From contig JAUQPU010000002.1 of the NCBI GenBank assembly GCA_030550235.1, forward strand, positions 92,602-156,601: a stretch of 64,000 nucleotides of DNA, written 5' to 3'. Position numbers and translations under genes: made by a program. The stretch comes from Thermoproteota archaeon (GTDB lineage Archaea; Thermoproteota; Nitrososphaeria_A; Caldarchaeales; Calditenuaceae). A model generated the notes under the pieces. That model was given only the letters and a program-made list of their open reading frames with translations. It was not told the origin of the DNA and made no database searches. Positions 55,213 through 64,000 of the stretch are shown here, piece after piece (positions within the stretch are counted from its first letter, which is position 1; the number at the start of each line of letters is the position of its first letter).

Positions 55213-57121
55213 GCCTCTACTTCTAGCATCACTGCTCCTACTAGCTCTGGTCGCGCCGCTCTCAACCGTGAATGCGAGCACCAATACCGTCAGGTATCTC
55301 GGAGCCTACTGGGGCCAGAATAATCTTAGAGAGGAGGTTGCGCCTGGGGATAGTGGTGTACGGTTAACCATTGCACTCGGAAGCGACTACGAAGAGGACA
55401 GTATAACCGGGATTGTTGGTGAGTTGAGGCTTCCTCCCGTCATTAGGTCTCAGAGCCTCTCCACGCCAGATAAGGTCGAGGCCCACTTCCTTGGAGTCGT
55501 GCCTCCTGGAGGAGTCTTTGAATTAACATTCATAGTGAATATAGAGGAGTCCGCATTGGTCGGCGTAGATTATGATGGTACACTTATGCTTACGTATCGG
55601 GTGGTTGGCGGCTCAATGGTGATTCGATCTACCCCAGTCAAAATAAATATTCCCGGCAGGCCTGTGATAAAATTCACCCTAAATACAACCGAGATAGAAC
55701 CAGGTAGGATAAACGCGTTGAATCTTGCCTTGGTGAATGTGGGGACTGCGAAGGCTACTGACATTCAGGTCCTCATCCAGCCCCCCGCCCAGTCTATGTA
55801 TGGTTTGCTGCTTAGTGAACAGCCGTGGGTAGTTAAGGAGCTGCCTCCAGACGGCATGGTGAATCAGGTAGTATTGGTGTATGCGTCTCAGGTGGCGGGT
55901 GACTCGGTCATGCCTCTTACACTCTCAGCAAGATATAGGAATGCAGTGGGTCTCTACGTAGATGCTACATCTAGGCTCAGCATCTATGTTAAGAGACCTG
56001 CAGTAAGTGAGGCTAACGTAAGAATTTATGCGGAGCCGGTGAAGATGGAGCCCGGCTCAATTCAGCCAATATCTATAGTCCTGGAAAACGTAGGCCCTGT
56101 AGTGGTGAGTGACATCCGGGTATCCGCGGAATACTCGGGGCTACCAGTCTCGCTCACAGGCCTCGCATCATGGAGCCTTGAGCGCCTAGATCCTGGGCAG
56201 AAAGTGGTTATCGAGGCTCTTGTCTCGACGGCACAGATAGCTGCAAATGGTGTCTACCAAATACCGCTCCAGATATCCTTCAAGGACCCAATAGGCAATA
56301 GCCTATCCAAGCCAGCCGTGATCACCGTCTCGGTAGGCGATATCCCGCCAAAGGCCCCCAACCTTCTAATAGAGGCGGAGCCGCAGCTAGTCGCGGGAAA
56401 GACGCAGACAATCACACTCACTGTCAAGAACATCCATTCAAGCGCGCTCAGACGTGTTTCTATCACAGCTCAGTCAGCTGATCCGAGGCTCACAATCATA
56501 GGCTCCAACAACTGGCTGATAGAATCACTGGGTCCTGGAGAGGTGGGGGGAATCTCGATGATGCTCTATGCCGCGCCTGAGCTAGCAGGGACCTCCTCAA
56601 CTATACAGGTATCCGCCACTTATATCATAAGCCAGACTGGCGAGCAAGCCTCGGAGGTGAGAGGGGTTGGATTTGTCGTCCAGGGCTACATCACACTGCG
56701 CATCTATGACGTCAAAGTCATCTTCGTCGGCGGTGAGCCCTATATCTCGGGGAACGTCCTGAATGAAGGAATATCAGACGCTCTCTTCTCAACCATACAT
56801 CTAAACAGCGGTTCAGGAACCAAAACAAGCGTCTTCATAGGCGAGATCAACCCCAATGCACCAATTCCATTCAACCTCAGGCTTAACTCCAATGAAAATA
56901 GATTCAGGGGCGAGATAGTTGTGGAGTATAAGGATGTATTTCGCAGAAACTACTCTGATGTCTTCCAAGTCGATGTGGAGATTCCGCGTTTAAACAGTGA
57001 GACTAGGCAGGAGAGTGGGCCGGGGTGGTTGGTTCTGGGGCTGGTGGCTGGAGGGCTCCTTGCGATAGCTATAGCAGCTTATGCCTATGCTGGGAGGCGT
57101 AGGAGACGTGAACCCAGTTGA
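55205..57121 (+). CDS. Secreted multi-repeat beta-sandwich (CARDB/DUF11-like) surface protein with C-terminal TM anchor and poly-Arg tail, embedded in a MacB-type ABC operon
   Basis: Signal peptide (MLRPLLLASLLLLALVAPLSTVNA). Five internal repeats of about 90-100 aa, each with the pattern E/K-x-x-PG ... hydrophobic-x-hydrophobic-x-N/V-G ... PG. C-terminal WLVLGLVAGGLLAIAIAAYAYAG and RRRRR. ATG overlaps the ATPase stop. Confidence 0.55.
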   Translation: MLRPLLLASLLLLALVAPLSTVNASTNTVRYLGAYWGQNNLREEVAPGDSGVRLTIALGSDYEEDSITGIVGELRLPPVIRSQSLSTPDKVEAHFLGVVPPGGVFELTFIVNIEESALVGVDYDGTLMLTYRVVGGSMVIRSTPVKINIPGRPVIKFTLNTTEIEPGRINALNLALVNVGTAKATDIQVLIQPPAQSMYGLLLSEQPWVVKELPPDGMVNQVVLVYASQVAGDSVMPLTLSARYRNAVGLYVDATSRLSIYVKRPAVSEANVRIYAEPVKMEPGSIQPISIVLENVGPVVVSDIRVSAEYSGLPVSLTGLASWSLERLDPGQKVVIEALVSTAQIAANGVYQIPLQISFKDPIGNSLSKPAVITVSVGDIPPKAPNLLIEAEPQLVAGKTQTITLTVKNIHSSALRRVSITAQSADPRLTIIGSNNWLIESLGPGEVGGISMMLYAAPELAGTSSTIQVSATYIISQTGEQASEVRGVGFVVQGYITLRIYDVKVIFVGGEPYISGNVLNEGISDALFSTIHLNSGSGTKTSVFIGEINPNAPIPFNLRLNSNENRFRGEIVVEYKDVFRRNYSDVFQVDVEIPRLNSETRQESGPGWLVLGLVAGGLLAIAIAAYAYAGRRRRREPS

Positions 57122-58322
57122 CACCGTTAGGTATGCCCTCAGCGCTTTAAGGGAGAGGAGGGGGAGGAGCGTTCTCACAATCCTCGGGATAGCCGTCGGC
57201 TCAGGGCTCATAATCGCCCTAGTCTCCCTCGGTGAAGGATTAAACACCACAATCACAGACCGCCTCCTGACGCTTGGCGCAAACAACATAATAGTACTCC
57301 CCGCTCAGGGCTCAAACATCCAGTTCACAGACGCCGATGTCCAGAAGATAATGAGGATACCTGGCGTAGCTGTAGTGGCCCCTTTCTACTCGACTGTTGC
57401 AGAGTTCCAGGTGGGCGGCACAACGGTTAGTGGGAGGATTCTCGGTATAGACCCATTACAGCTACAAATAATCTTCCCAGGGATCAAGATACTTGAGGGC
57501 GAGACACCAACACCGACGAGCGCCACACAAGTCGCGGTAGGCTATAAGGTAGCCTTCCCGCCAGCAGCAGTTACATCCTCAAGACTCTATGTAGGGCAGC
57601 CGCTGACAATCGTTATACCAAACCCGTCCGGGCCCAAGACAACAAGCTACACTGTGACGGGAATATATGACAAGTTCGGGGCCTCAGTATTTTTCGACGC
57701 AGACACAGCCGTGGTCATGCCCATACCTGCAGCCAGGAGACTCCTAGGCGAGACCAGATACCAGGCAATACTAGTGAATACGGAGAGGGTAGAACTCGTC
57801 GAATACATAATCTCTGAGCTAGAGGCTATGTATGGTAGAAACGTCAACATAATAAGCCCCAGCACAATCCTCTCAACAGTACGGAGCATAATAGCCTCCT
57901 TCACAATCTTTTTAGGAATCATAGCATCCGTAAGCCTATTCGTGGCAGGCCTTGGAATAATGAATACAATGATAATGTCTGTGATGGAGAGGACTAGGGA
58001 GATAGGTGTTTTGAGGTCTATCGGTATGACGAGACGTGACATCCTTTATACCTTCCTCTTCGAGGCGATGCTCACTGGCCTGATTGGAGGTCTAATAGGA
58101 ATTGGCATAGGTGTTGCACTCTCGATAGGGTTCGGAAGCTATTCGGGGAACTTCCTGAGATTCGGCCCAGGATTCGAGCCAATCACCATCATACCAGACA
58201 TAACTCCTCAGCTCCTGTTAGGCACGCTTCTTTTCGCAGTCTTTGTCGGCTCGCTCTCTGGTCTATACCCCGCTAGGAGGGCGGCGTTGACGGACCCGGT
58301 TCGCGCCCTCAGGACCGAGTGA
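57081..58322 (+). CDS. ABC transporter permease, FtsX/MacB-like
   Basis: N-terminal TM, large extracytoplasmic domain, C-terminal 3 to 4 TM FtsX-type helices (SVMERTREIGVLRSIGMTRRDIL motif). Overlaps the upstream gene by 41 nt. Confidence 0.75.
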   Translation: MPMLGGVGDVNPVDTVRYALSALRERRGRSVLTILGIAVGSGLIIALVSLGEGLNTTITDRLLTLGANNIIVLPAQGSNIQFTDADVQKIMRIPGVAVVAPFYSTVAEFQVGGTTVSGRILGIDPLQLQIIFPGIKILEGETPTPTSATQVAVGYKVAFPPAAVTSSRLYVGQPLTIVIPNPSGPKTTSYTVTGIYDKFGASVFFDADTAVVMPIPAARRLLGETRYQAILVNTERVELVEYIISELEAMYGRNVNIISPSTILSTVRSIIASFTIFLGIIASVSLFVAGLGIMNTMIMSVMERTREIGVLRSIGMTRRDILYTFLFEAMLTGLIGGLIGIGIGVALSIGFGSYSGNFLRFGPGFEPITIIPDITPQLLLGTLLFAVFVGSLSGLYPARRAALTDPVRALRTE

Positions 58323-59268
58323 CAAGCTCCTCATATAGGCTCATATACTGCTTCGTGACAACCCTGTAGTCGAGTTTCTCCACCAGCTCGTATCCGCGGG
58401 CAACGACTGAATCTCTGAGGCTGTCAAGTCTATTGTAAGCCTCGACATACGAGTCGGGGTTGGGGTCAGCCAGGATTAGCGCATCTCTGAACGGTGTGAA
58501 GGCTGGTATTCTAGGCGCAATAACTGGGCAGCCCGATGCCCACGCCTCGAGCAATACTGACGGCATTCCCTCCCAAATCGATGTAATCATCAAACACTCA
58601 GCCGACTTCATATACGATATCACCCTCTCCCAGCTGACAACCTGCTCTACACCAAAGGCCCTATATTTTCGCCCCAGCCTCTCCACCACCCTCCTAAATA
58701 GTGGGTAATTCTTTATAGGGTCATTCCGCCCGACGAAAAGGATAGCCGACTCGCCAGCAGGACTGATCTCTCTTATTGCATTGAGGTCGGTCATGTTTGG
58801 GACCCAGACCCATCCGTTTCTCTCCGCCTCCCACTTCATAACCGATGTCGCAATTCCGCCCATACGCATTAATGCAAGCATGATGCTGGTCGAGGCCTTA
58901 CCAAGAGCGCCGTACTTTAGGCTGAACTCCACCATACCGCCGTGGACCGTGATGATGCATCTTGATGGTTTGGCCAAGGCAATGCCTACGAGCTTCGGGT
59001 TATGTATGTGAATCACGTCAGCATCTATGGCCTTAAGTAGTGAGCCGAGCGTGAAGCTCGGAGCTCTCAGCATTGGAAAATCAAGATACCACGTATTGCT
59101 GGAATCAACAACCATAACCTCCACACCATTCTCAATAAGCCCCTTCCTCAGGAGATAGACATGCCTTCCGCTCCCACTCACACCGCCAGAAGTGAAATTC
59201 ACCAGCGCAACCCTCAAGCCCCAACCCCCTCTCCAACAATCCTTAAATGTAATAAAAGCTTCACACAA
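58309..59268 (-). CDS. Glycosyltransferase family 4 (short GT-B)
   Basis: N-terminal glycine-rich loop (LVNFTSGGVSGSGRHV), C-terminal GT4 sugar-donor region (SIWEGMPSVLLEAWASGCPVIAP). Confidence 0.6.
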   Translation of the reverse strand: MCEAFITFKDCWRGGWGLRVALVNFTSGGVSGSGRHVYLLRKGLIENGVEVMVVDSSNTWYLDFPMLRAPSFTLGSLLKAIDADVIHIHNPKLVGIALAKPSRCIITVHGGMVEFSLKYGALGKASTSIMLALMRMGGIATSVMKWEAERNGWVWVPNMTDLNAIREISPAGESAILFVGRNDPIKNYPLFRRVVERLGRKYRAFGVEQVVSWERVISYMKSAECLMITSIWEGMPSVLLEAWASGCPVIAPRIPAFTPFRDALILADPNPDSYVEAYNRLDSLRDSVVARGYELVEKLDYRVVTKQYMSLYEELVTRS

Positions 59269-59438
59269 GCAAGAGCTAATATCTTGAGCATGGCAGATAT
59301 TTGGTGGGGATGAGGCCCGCCGCTCCAGACTGAGTCGTGATGCAGGAAGAGCCGAGCCGACCCTATCCGACCTGTTAATCAGTTTGCAAGTGGATTAGTA
59401 AAAGAATATAAGGGTCTGCCCGTGCTAAACATAATTGC

Positions 59439-61100
59439 ATGTCGAGGCAGGAAAAGATCTCAAGGAGGGTTGCATTAAGTACAGGAGCTAAGGTGGCGAC
59501 AGCTGCGGTCGTTACTGGTGTTATAGGCGGAATCGCTGGATATCTTGCAGGGACATCCCAGCCGGGTAGGGAGGTTACGCGGACCCTGACACAGACAGTC
59601 ACGCAACCGGGCGCAGGTGCCCAGACAGTCACACAGACAGTGACTAGGACTGCAACAGTCACGGCAACAGCACCAGCTGGAGAGGTGAAGCCTGAGTTGT
59701 CAATTACTTTCGCCTCGCCGGAGTGGTTGCCTGGTAGGCTGACAGGCCTCATAGCTCAGGACTTCCCGGCATGGTCTAAAGCTACCACCGGTAAGGCGGT
59801 CGAGGTAAAGATGGACCTGATCCCCTGGGACGCTATATTCGACAGGCTCTCCACCGTCCTGGCCGCTAAATCCAAGGAGCCTACACTGCTGATATCTGAT
59901 AGCCAGTGGCTCGGACAGTTCTACGTGGGTGGCCACATAAAGAGGCTCAACGACATCATAGCGAGAGATCCAGAGCTCCAGCAATTACTCAACAGGTTTG
60001 ACCCCGCGCTTGTCTACTTCTATATGACCTATCCCCAGGGAAATACAAACAACATAGTGGGCTTCGCGCATGAGGGCGACGTCCTATTATTCGTCTTCAG
60101 ATACGACCTATTCTCCCACCCAACAGAGAGAGAAAACTTCAAGGCTGAGTATGGATATGATCTGCCGCTAAATTATGAGGATTGGTATCCCGCGCAGCTC
60201 GACTGGTATCAGATAAGAGACATAGCCAAATACTTCACTCGGAAAGCTGGAGACGAGCTGGCTGGCAAGCGTCTAGAGGAGGACTTCTATGGGATTGCCC
60301 TACACATGTCGAGGGCCTACGACGCAATTGCATGCCCCTTCGGCTCGATTCTTTACAGCCACGGCGAGTATTGGTGGGACCCTGAGACTGGCCAAGTAGA
60401 CGGTTACATCAACAGTGCCAAAGCTAGACAAGCTCTCGAGTTCTACGCCTCCCTAGTACCCTATGCTCCGCCCAACGCCCTTGAAATATGGTTCGACGAG
60501 GCCAACGCGGTCATGCAGGCTGGTAAAGTGGCGATGATATATAACTGGGCTGGATTCCTCCCAAGCCTCTTCGACCCAGCCGCATCAAAAGTCTACAACC
60601 TGATTAAAGTCGTTCCGCCGCCAGGTCACAAAGGAGATGACGGAATCTTCAGAAGATACAGCGGAATAGGAGGACAGCCAATGTGCATAAACGCATATAG
60701 TGATTATGCAGAGGAGGCTCTAACTTTCATAAAGTTCTGGTTCCAGCCTCAGAACCAGCGAAAATGGGCTGAAGGCGGAGGCGGAGTCTGTATCAGGGAT
60801 ATCATCCAGACGGAATGGTTCAGAAACCTCACGCCATACAACAGGGCTTACGCCGACTCGATATCATTCCAAGTCGACTTCTGGAACGTTCCATTCTTCG
60901 CAGAGATGCTTACAGTTGTACAGGAGGAAATCCACGCTGCACTAGCTGGGACAATTAGTCCACAGACGGCACTAGATAACATGGCAAGGAGACACAAGGA
61001 GATAATTGAGAGGGAGAACTATCCCGCGGCGTTCGAGCGCTATGGTAAACCATTGAAGAATGTTGCCCAACTTATAAGACAAGGACTGCCAATCGGCTAA
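59439..61100 (+). CDS. Sugar ABC transporter substrate-binding protein (family 1), N-terminal TM anchor plus Thr-rich linker
   Basis: N-terminal hydrophobic helix, linker TRTLTQTVTQPGAGAQTVTQTVTRTATVTATAP, then an SBP core rich in W/Y (sugar-binding type). Confidence 0.75.
   Translation: MSRQEKISRRVALSTGAKVATAAVVTGVIGGIAGYLAGTSQPGREVTRTLTQTVTQPGAGAQTVTQTVTRTATVTATAPAGEVKPELSITFASPEWLPGRLTGLIAQDFPAWSKATTGKAVEVKMDLIPWDAIFDRLSTVLAAKSKEPTLLISDSQWLGQFYVGGHIKRLNDIIARDPELQQLLNRFDPALVYFYMTYPQGNTNNIVGFAHEGDVLLFVFRYDLFSHPTERENFKAEYGYDLPLNYEDWYPAQLDWYQIRDIAKYFTRKAGDELAGKRLEEDFYGIALHMSRAYDAIACPFGSILYSHGEYWWDPETGQVDGYINSAKARQALEFYASLVPYAPPNALEIWFDEANAVMQAGKVAMIYNWAGFLPSLFDPAASKVYNLIKVVPPPGHKGDDGIFRRYSGIGGQPMCINAYSDYAEEALTFIKFWFQPQNQRKWAEGGGGVCIRDIIQTEWFRNLTPYNRAYADSISFQVDFWNVPFFAEMLTVVQEEIHAALAGTISPQTALDNMARRHKEIIERENYPAAFERYGKPLKNVAQLIRQGLPIG
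59585..59670 (+). repeat. Direct low-complexity nucleotide repeats (cagacagtcac variants) encoding a TVTQ Thr-rich linker
   Basis: cagacagtcac at about 59593 and 59622, acagacagtgac at about 59633, caacagtcac at about 59654. All in-frame within the SBP gene. Confidence 0.5.
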
Positions 61101-61144
61101 AACTGAAAAATAAACTAAAATACTGTAATTAAAAGTGTTTTTAT

Positions 61145-62023
61145 GTGACGTCTCAACCAGATACAGGCAGCCGTATACTGAAAATCTTCCCAATCATACT
61201 CATATTCCCCGCAGTGGCTCTGGTAGTTTTCCTCGTAATATTTCCACTCATCTGGGCGCTCGGACTCAGCTTCTATTCATATAATGTTTTACGCGGAGAA
61301 CCTCCTATCTTTGTAGGTGTTGAGAATTATTACAGGCTTCTAAATAGTTTGGATGTCTGGCGTAGATTCGTCTTAACGGGACAATTCGTCTTCTACTCGG
61401 TTAGTATCGAGTTCCTGCTAGGCTTCGGACTTGCACACCTATTCTACAACCAGTTCAGAGGGAGGCGATTGGCTATAACACTTGTAACCACACCCCTGCT
61501 AGTCGCTCCAGTGGCTGTAGGGATTTTTCACCGCTATCTTTTTGACGCAACATTCGGTATCTACAGCTACATAGCCCAACTTTTAACGGGCCAATCCGTG
61601 AGGATACTCTCACAGCATCCAATGTTCGCGATCGTCTTTATGGATGTCTGGCAATGGTCCCCCTTCATGATGCTCTTCATACTCGCAGGTCTAGAGGCGA
61701 TACCTAAACACATGCTGGAGTCTTCAGAGATAGATAGACTATCACCATTAGCGAAATTCCGATACATTGTATGGCCTACTATCAAGCCGCTGGTTGCCCT
61801 AGCGCTTCTTTTCAGGACAATGGACGCCTTCAGGACCTTTGACACGATCTTCACACTAACCGGCGGTGGGCCAGGAACAGCCACAGAAGTGCTCTCCATC
61901 CAGATATACCGGACAGCCTTTCAGTTCTTCAGGACAGGAGAGGCCACAGCATTGGCGTTTATATTCTTAGTCATTATATTACTGCTAACGAATATCTATC
62001 TAAGGCTTGCAAGGAGGGAGTGA
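61145..62023 (+). CDS. Sugar ABC transporter permease (MalF/UgpA-like)
   Basis: Six TM segments, EAA-like loop (ESSEIDRLSPLAKFRYIVWPTIKP). GTG start. Confidence 0.85.
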   Translation: MTSQPDTGSRILKIFPIILIFPAVALVVFLVIFPLIWALGLSFYSYNVLRGEPPIFVGVENYYRLLNSLDVWRRFVLTGQFVFYSVSIEFLLGFGLAHLFYNQFRGRRLAITLVTTPLLVAPVAVGIFHRYLFDATFGIYSYIAQLLTGQSVRILSQHPMFAIVFMDVWQWSPFMMLFILAGLEAIPKHMLESSEIDRLSPLAKFRYIVWPTIKPLVALALLFRTMDAFRTFDTIFTLTGGGPGTATEVLSIQIYRTAFQFFRTGEATALAFIFLVIILLLTNIYLRLARRE

Positions 62024-62934
62024 TAAAGATGGCGAACCTGCAAAACAATAGGCGTGGTAGGCGCAAGATACTTAGAACAGTCCTAATTTACTTCGCAACT
62101 ATTATTGCCGTCATATTCTTTATCTTTCCTATATATTGGCTAATAGCCACCTCTCTGAAAACCAGGGCACAGGCCTTCAGTACACCTCCCTTGTTCGTCT
62201 GGGAGCCGACGGTCCGTAACTTCATCGACATCTTCTTGAAGCGGCAGACTGAGATAGAAGCAATAACCGGCCAGGAGCTGGAACTAGCTACGGGAGCTGA
62301 GACCTTCTTCTACAACAGCTTCATAGTGACGTTTTCAAGCATTGCTATAGCGACTGTGATAGGTGTTCTAGCCGCTTATAGCTTCTCTAGATATCAACCT
62401 CACGGAACCAACACGCTGATGTTCTTCATTCTCTCCACAAGAATGCTCCCCGCCATAGTAGTTGCCATCCCAATATACTTCTTCTATAGAAGCCTTGGAC
62501 TCTACAATACACACATCGGCCTAGTACTGCTTTACACAATGTTCAATCTCCCGTTTGCTGTCTGGATGATGAAGAGCTTCTTCGACGAGGTGCCACGTGA
62601 TATAGAGCAAGCAGCGCTAGTAGATGGCTCAAACCCAATCAAAGTCTTCTATAAGATTGCCCTTCCACAAGTATTAGTAGGACTCGGCGCCACCATAGGA
62701 TTCTTAATAATTAATGTGTGGAATGAGTTCTTGTTTGCGTTACTATTAACTGAGAGGGCAACTAGGACTGTTCCTGTGATGATTGCAGGGACTAGGGGAG
62801 AGGTTGGAATTAACTGGGGATTAATTGCTGCTATAGAGACGCTTTACATTCTCCCGGCGCTAGTCCTTATATTTGTTCTGCAGAGGTTCCTACTTAGGGG
62901 CATGACATTCGGTACTGTGCGGGGTGCAAAGTAG
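62020..62934 (+). CDS. Sugar ABC transporter permease (MalG/UgpE-like)
   Basis: EAA loop EQAALVDGSNPIKVFYKIALPQ. Six TM segments. 4-nt overlap with the upstream permease. Confidence 0.85.
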   Translation: MIKMANLQNNRRGRRKILRTVLIYFATIIAVIFFIFPIYWLIATSLKTRAQAFSTPPLFVWEPTVRNFIDIFLKRQTEIEAITGQELELATGAETFFYNSFIVTFSSIAIATVIGVLAAYSFSRYQPHGTNTLMFFILSTRMLPAIVVAIPIYFFYRSLGLYNTHIGLVLLYTMFNLPFAVWMMKSFFDEVPRDIEQAALVDGSNPIKVFYKIALPQVLVGLGATIGFLIINVWNEFLFALLLTERATRTVPVMIAGTRGEVGINWGLIAAIETLYILPALVLIFVLQRFLLRGMTFGTVRGAK

Positions 62935-64000
62935 TTGACAAAGGTTGAGATACGTGGTTTAAGAAAGTCTTATGGGGCGGTTGAGGCACTTAAAGGGCTT
63001 GACCTAGTAGTTGAGTCTGGGGCGCTGGTGGCTCTTTTGGGGCCAACTGGAGCAGGTAAAACCACCACACTTAAATGTATAGCTGGCGTAGAAAAACCTG
63101 ACAGCGGGGACATACTTTTTAATGGAGAGAGCATACTCGGAATTCCTGCCTGGAGACGGAACGTGGCAATGTTTTTCCAAACATACGCGCTCTATCCACA
63201 CTTGAGCGTCTACCACAACATAGCCTATCCACTGAGGGAGCAAAAAATGAGTAAGGATGAGATAGACAGAGTTGTGAAGAGCGTTGCTAAAAAGCTTAGA
63301 ATATCACATCTACTTGACAGGAAAGAACCATCAACCCTTAGTGGAGGCGAGATGCAGCGAGTAGCGCTTGCACGGACACTCGTCAGAAATCCATTAGTCT
63401 TCCTCCTCGATGAACCAATCTCTAACCTTGACGCAAAGTTAAGGGAGGAGATGAGGACAGAGTTCAAGAGGCTGCACAGGGAGCTTAAACAGACCATCAT
63501 CTACGCTACACCAGACTATCTTGAGGCCTTTGCAGTCGCAGAGAAGGTCGCAGTAATAAAAGATGGGGTGATACTGCAGTATGACACACCCATAAACTTG
63601 TTGAAGAGGCCTAAGAACAGGTTTGTAGCGACCTTTATAGGAAGTCCCACCATAAACCTGCTTAGAGGCGTAGTTAGAAGAGGTGCTCGCGGATGGGAGT
63701 TCTCCACATCGGGCCTGAGGCTTGAGCTTGTTTCGGTTGGAGGAGCTTTCTCTAAAATTTATGATGGCTTGGAGGTTGAACTGGCTGTTAGACCGCATGA
63801 TATAATATTGGGGGAGCAGCAGAACGGCAATACCTTCAAGGCTAAGGTTCTGGCCGCTGAGAGGCTTGGCCACGAGACGATCATAACCTTAAGCCTTGGG
63901 GAAGTTGAATTGAAGACTGTATCTAAGGGGATGAGGCTGTATAAGTATGGTGATGAAGTGTCGATAAGCATTCCGGGCGATAGGGTAATTCTTTTTGATG
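62935..64000 (+). CDS. Sugar ABC transporter ATP-binding protein (MalK/UgpC-like). The 3' end runs past the window edge.
   Basis: TTG start immediately after the permease stop. Walker A GPTGAGKTT, Q-loop, signature LSGGEMQRVALAR, Walker B LLDEPISNLD, then the MalK-like regulatory domain. Frame open to position 64000. Not in the track because it is incomplete. Confidence 0.85.
   Translation, partial: MTKVEIRGLRKSYGAVEALKGLDLVVESGALVALLGPTGAGKTTTLKCIAGVEKPDSGDILFNGESILGIPAWRRNVAMFFQTYALYPHLSVYHNIAYPLREQKMSKDEIDRVVKSVAKKLRISHLLDRKEPSTLSGGEMQRVALARTLVRNPLVFLLDEPISNLDAKLREEMRTEFKRLHRELKQTIIYATPDYLEAFAVAEKVAVIKDGVILQYDTPINLLKRPKNRFVATFIGSPTINLLRGVVRRGARGWEFSTSGLRLELVSVGGAFSKIYDGLEVELAVRPHDIILGEQQNGNTFKAKVLAAERLGHETIITLSLGEVELKTVSKGMRLYKYGDEVSISIPGDRVILFD

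Noticed and set aside
59330-59400. Possible C/D-box sRNA (GTGATGC then a downstream CTGA-like element) in the 170-bp intergenic region upstream of the sugar SBP
   Set aside because: The box C match is imperfect. There is no convincing D box at the proper spacing and no terminal stem. It is more likely ordinary promoter or leader sequence.
61101-61144. A-rich then T-rich stretch after the sugar SBP gene as a terminator
   Set aside because: It could equally be an internal promoter for the permease genes. The T-run is short (TTTTTAT), so I did not list it as a feature.
1-64000. CRISPR arrays, tRNA or rRNA genes, transposases, integrases and att-like direct repeats
   Set aside because: No regularly spaced direct repeats, no tRNA T-loop-like GTTCRAnYC within a cloverleaf context, and no transposase or integrase-like ORFs were seen on a visual scan. 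A tRNAscan or Infernal run could still find a small RNA I missed.

Overview
This 64-kb window looks like chromosomal DNA from a GC-rich hyperthermophilic archaeon, most consistent with Crenarchaeota/Thermoprotei. The evidence is: a full-length reverse gyrase; an overlapping Sm-like plus ribosomal L37e gene pair; a Sulfolobus-type ferredoxin with an N-terminal extension; solute-binding proteins anchored by Thr-rich linkers and transmembrane helices; frequent GTG/TTG starts; and 4-nt gene overlaps. Coding density is high, mostly housekeeping and metabolism. Recognised genes include pstSCAB-phoU with a second, divergent AbrB-domain PhoU regulator; aconitase; moaB; thrC with a MoaD-like small protein; pdxS; a membrane-fused spermidine-synthase-like gene; map; three glycogen-synthase-like GT-B glycosyltransferases; hflX; thioredoxin; a polyprenyl synthase with a mevalonate-diphosphate-decarboxylase-family enzyme; hisI-hisF-hisA; ilvD with a leuB-type dehydrogenase; a diphthine-ammonia-ligase-like PP-loop protein; a NUDIX protein; and three ABC systems (a partial Dpp-type importer, a MacB/FtsX-type system with an embedded repeat-rich surface protein, and a sugar importer). 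I could not recognise any rRNA, tRNA, CRISPR array, transposase or integrase by eye. The most unusual loci are: (i) a colinear block of TtuA/NcsA, a SagB/ThcOx-type nitroreductase-like dehydrogenase, and ThiI, with no YcaO; (ii) a MacB-type ATPase and FtsX permease translationally coupled to a 638-aa five-repeat secreted protein; (iii) a triad of glycosyltransferases sharing a WEYPP motif, one of them an N-domain-only paralog with a substituted glycine loop; (iv) a sialidase-like BNR β-propeller protein with a coiled coil and C-terminal membrane anchor. All functional calls rest on motif recognition by eye. No database search was run.
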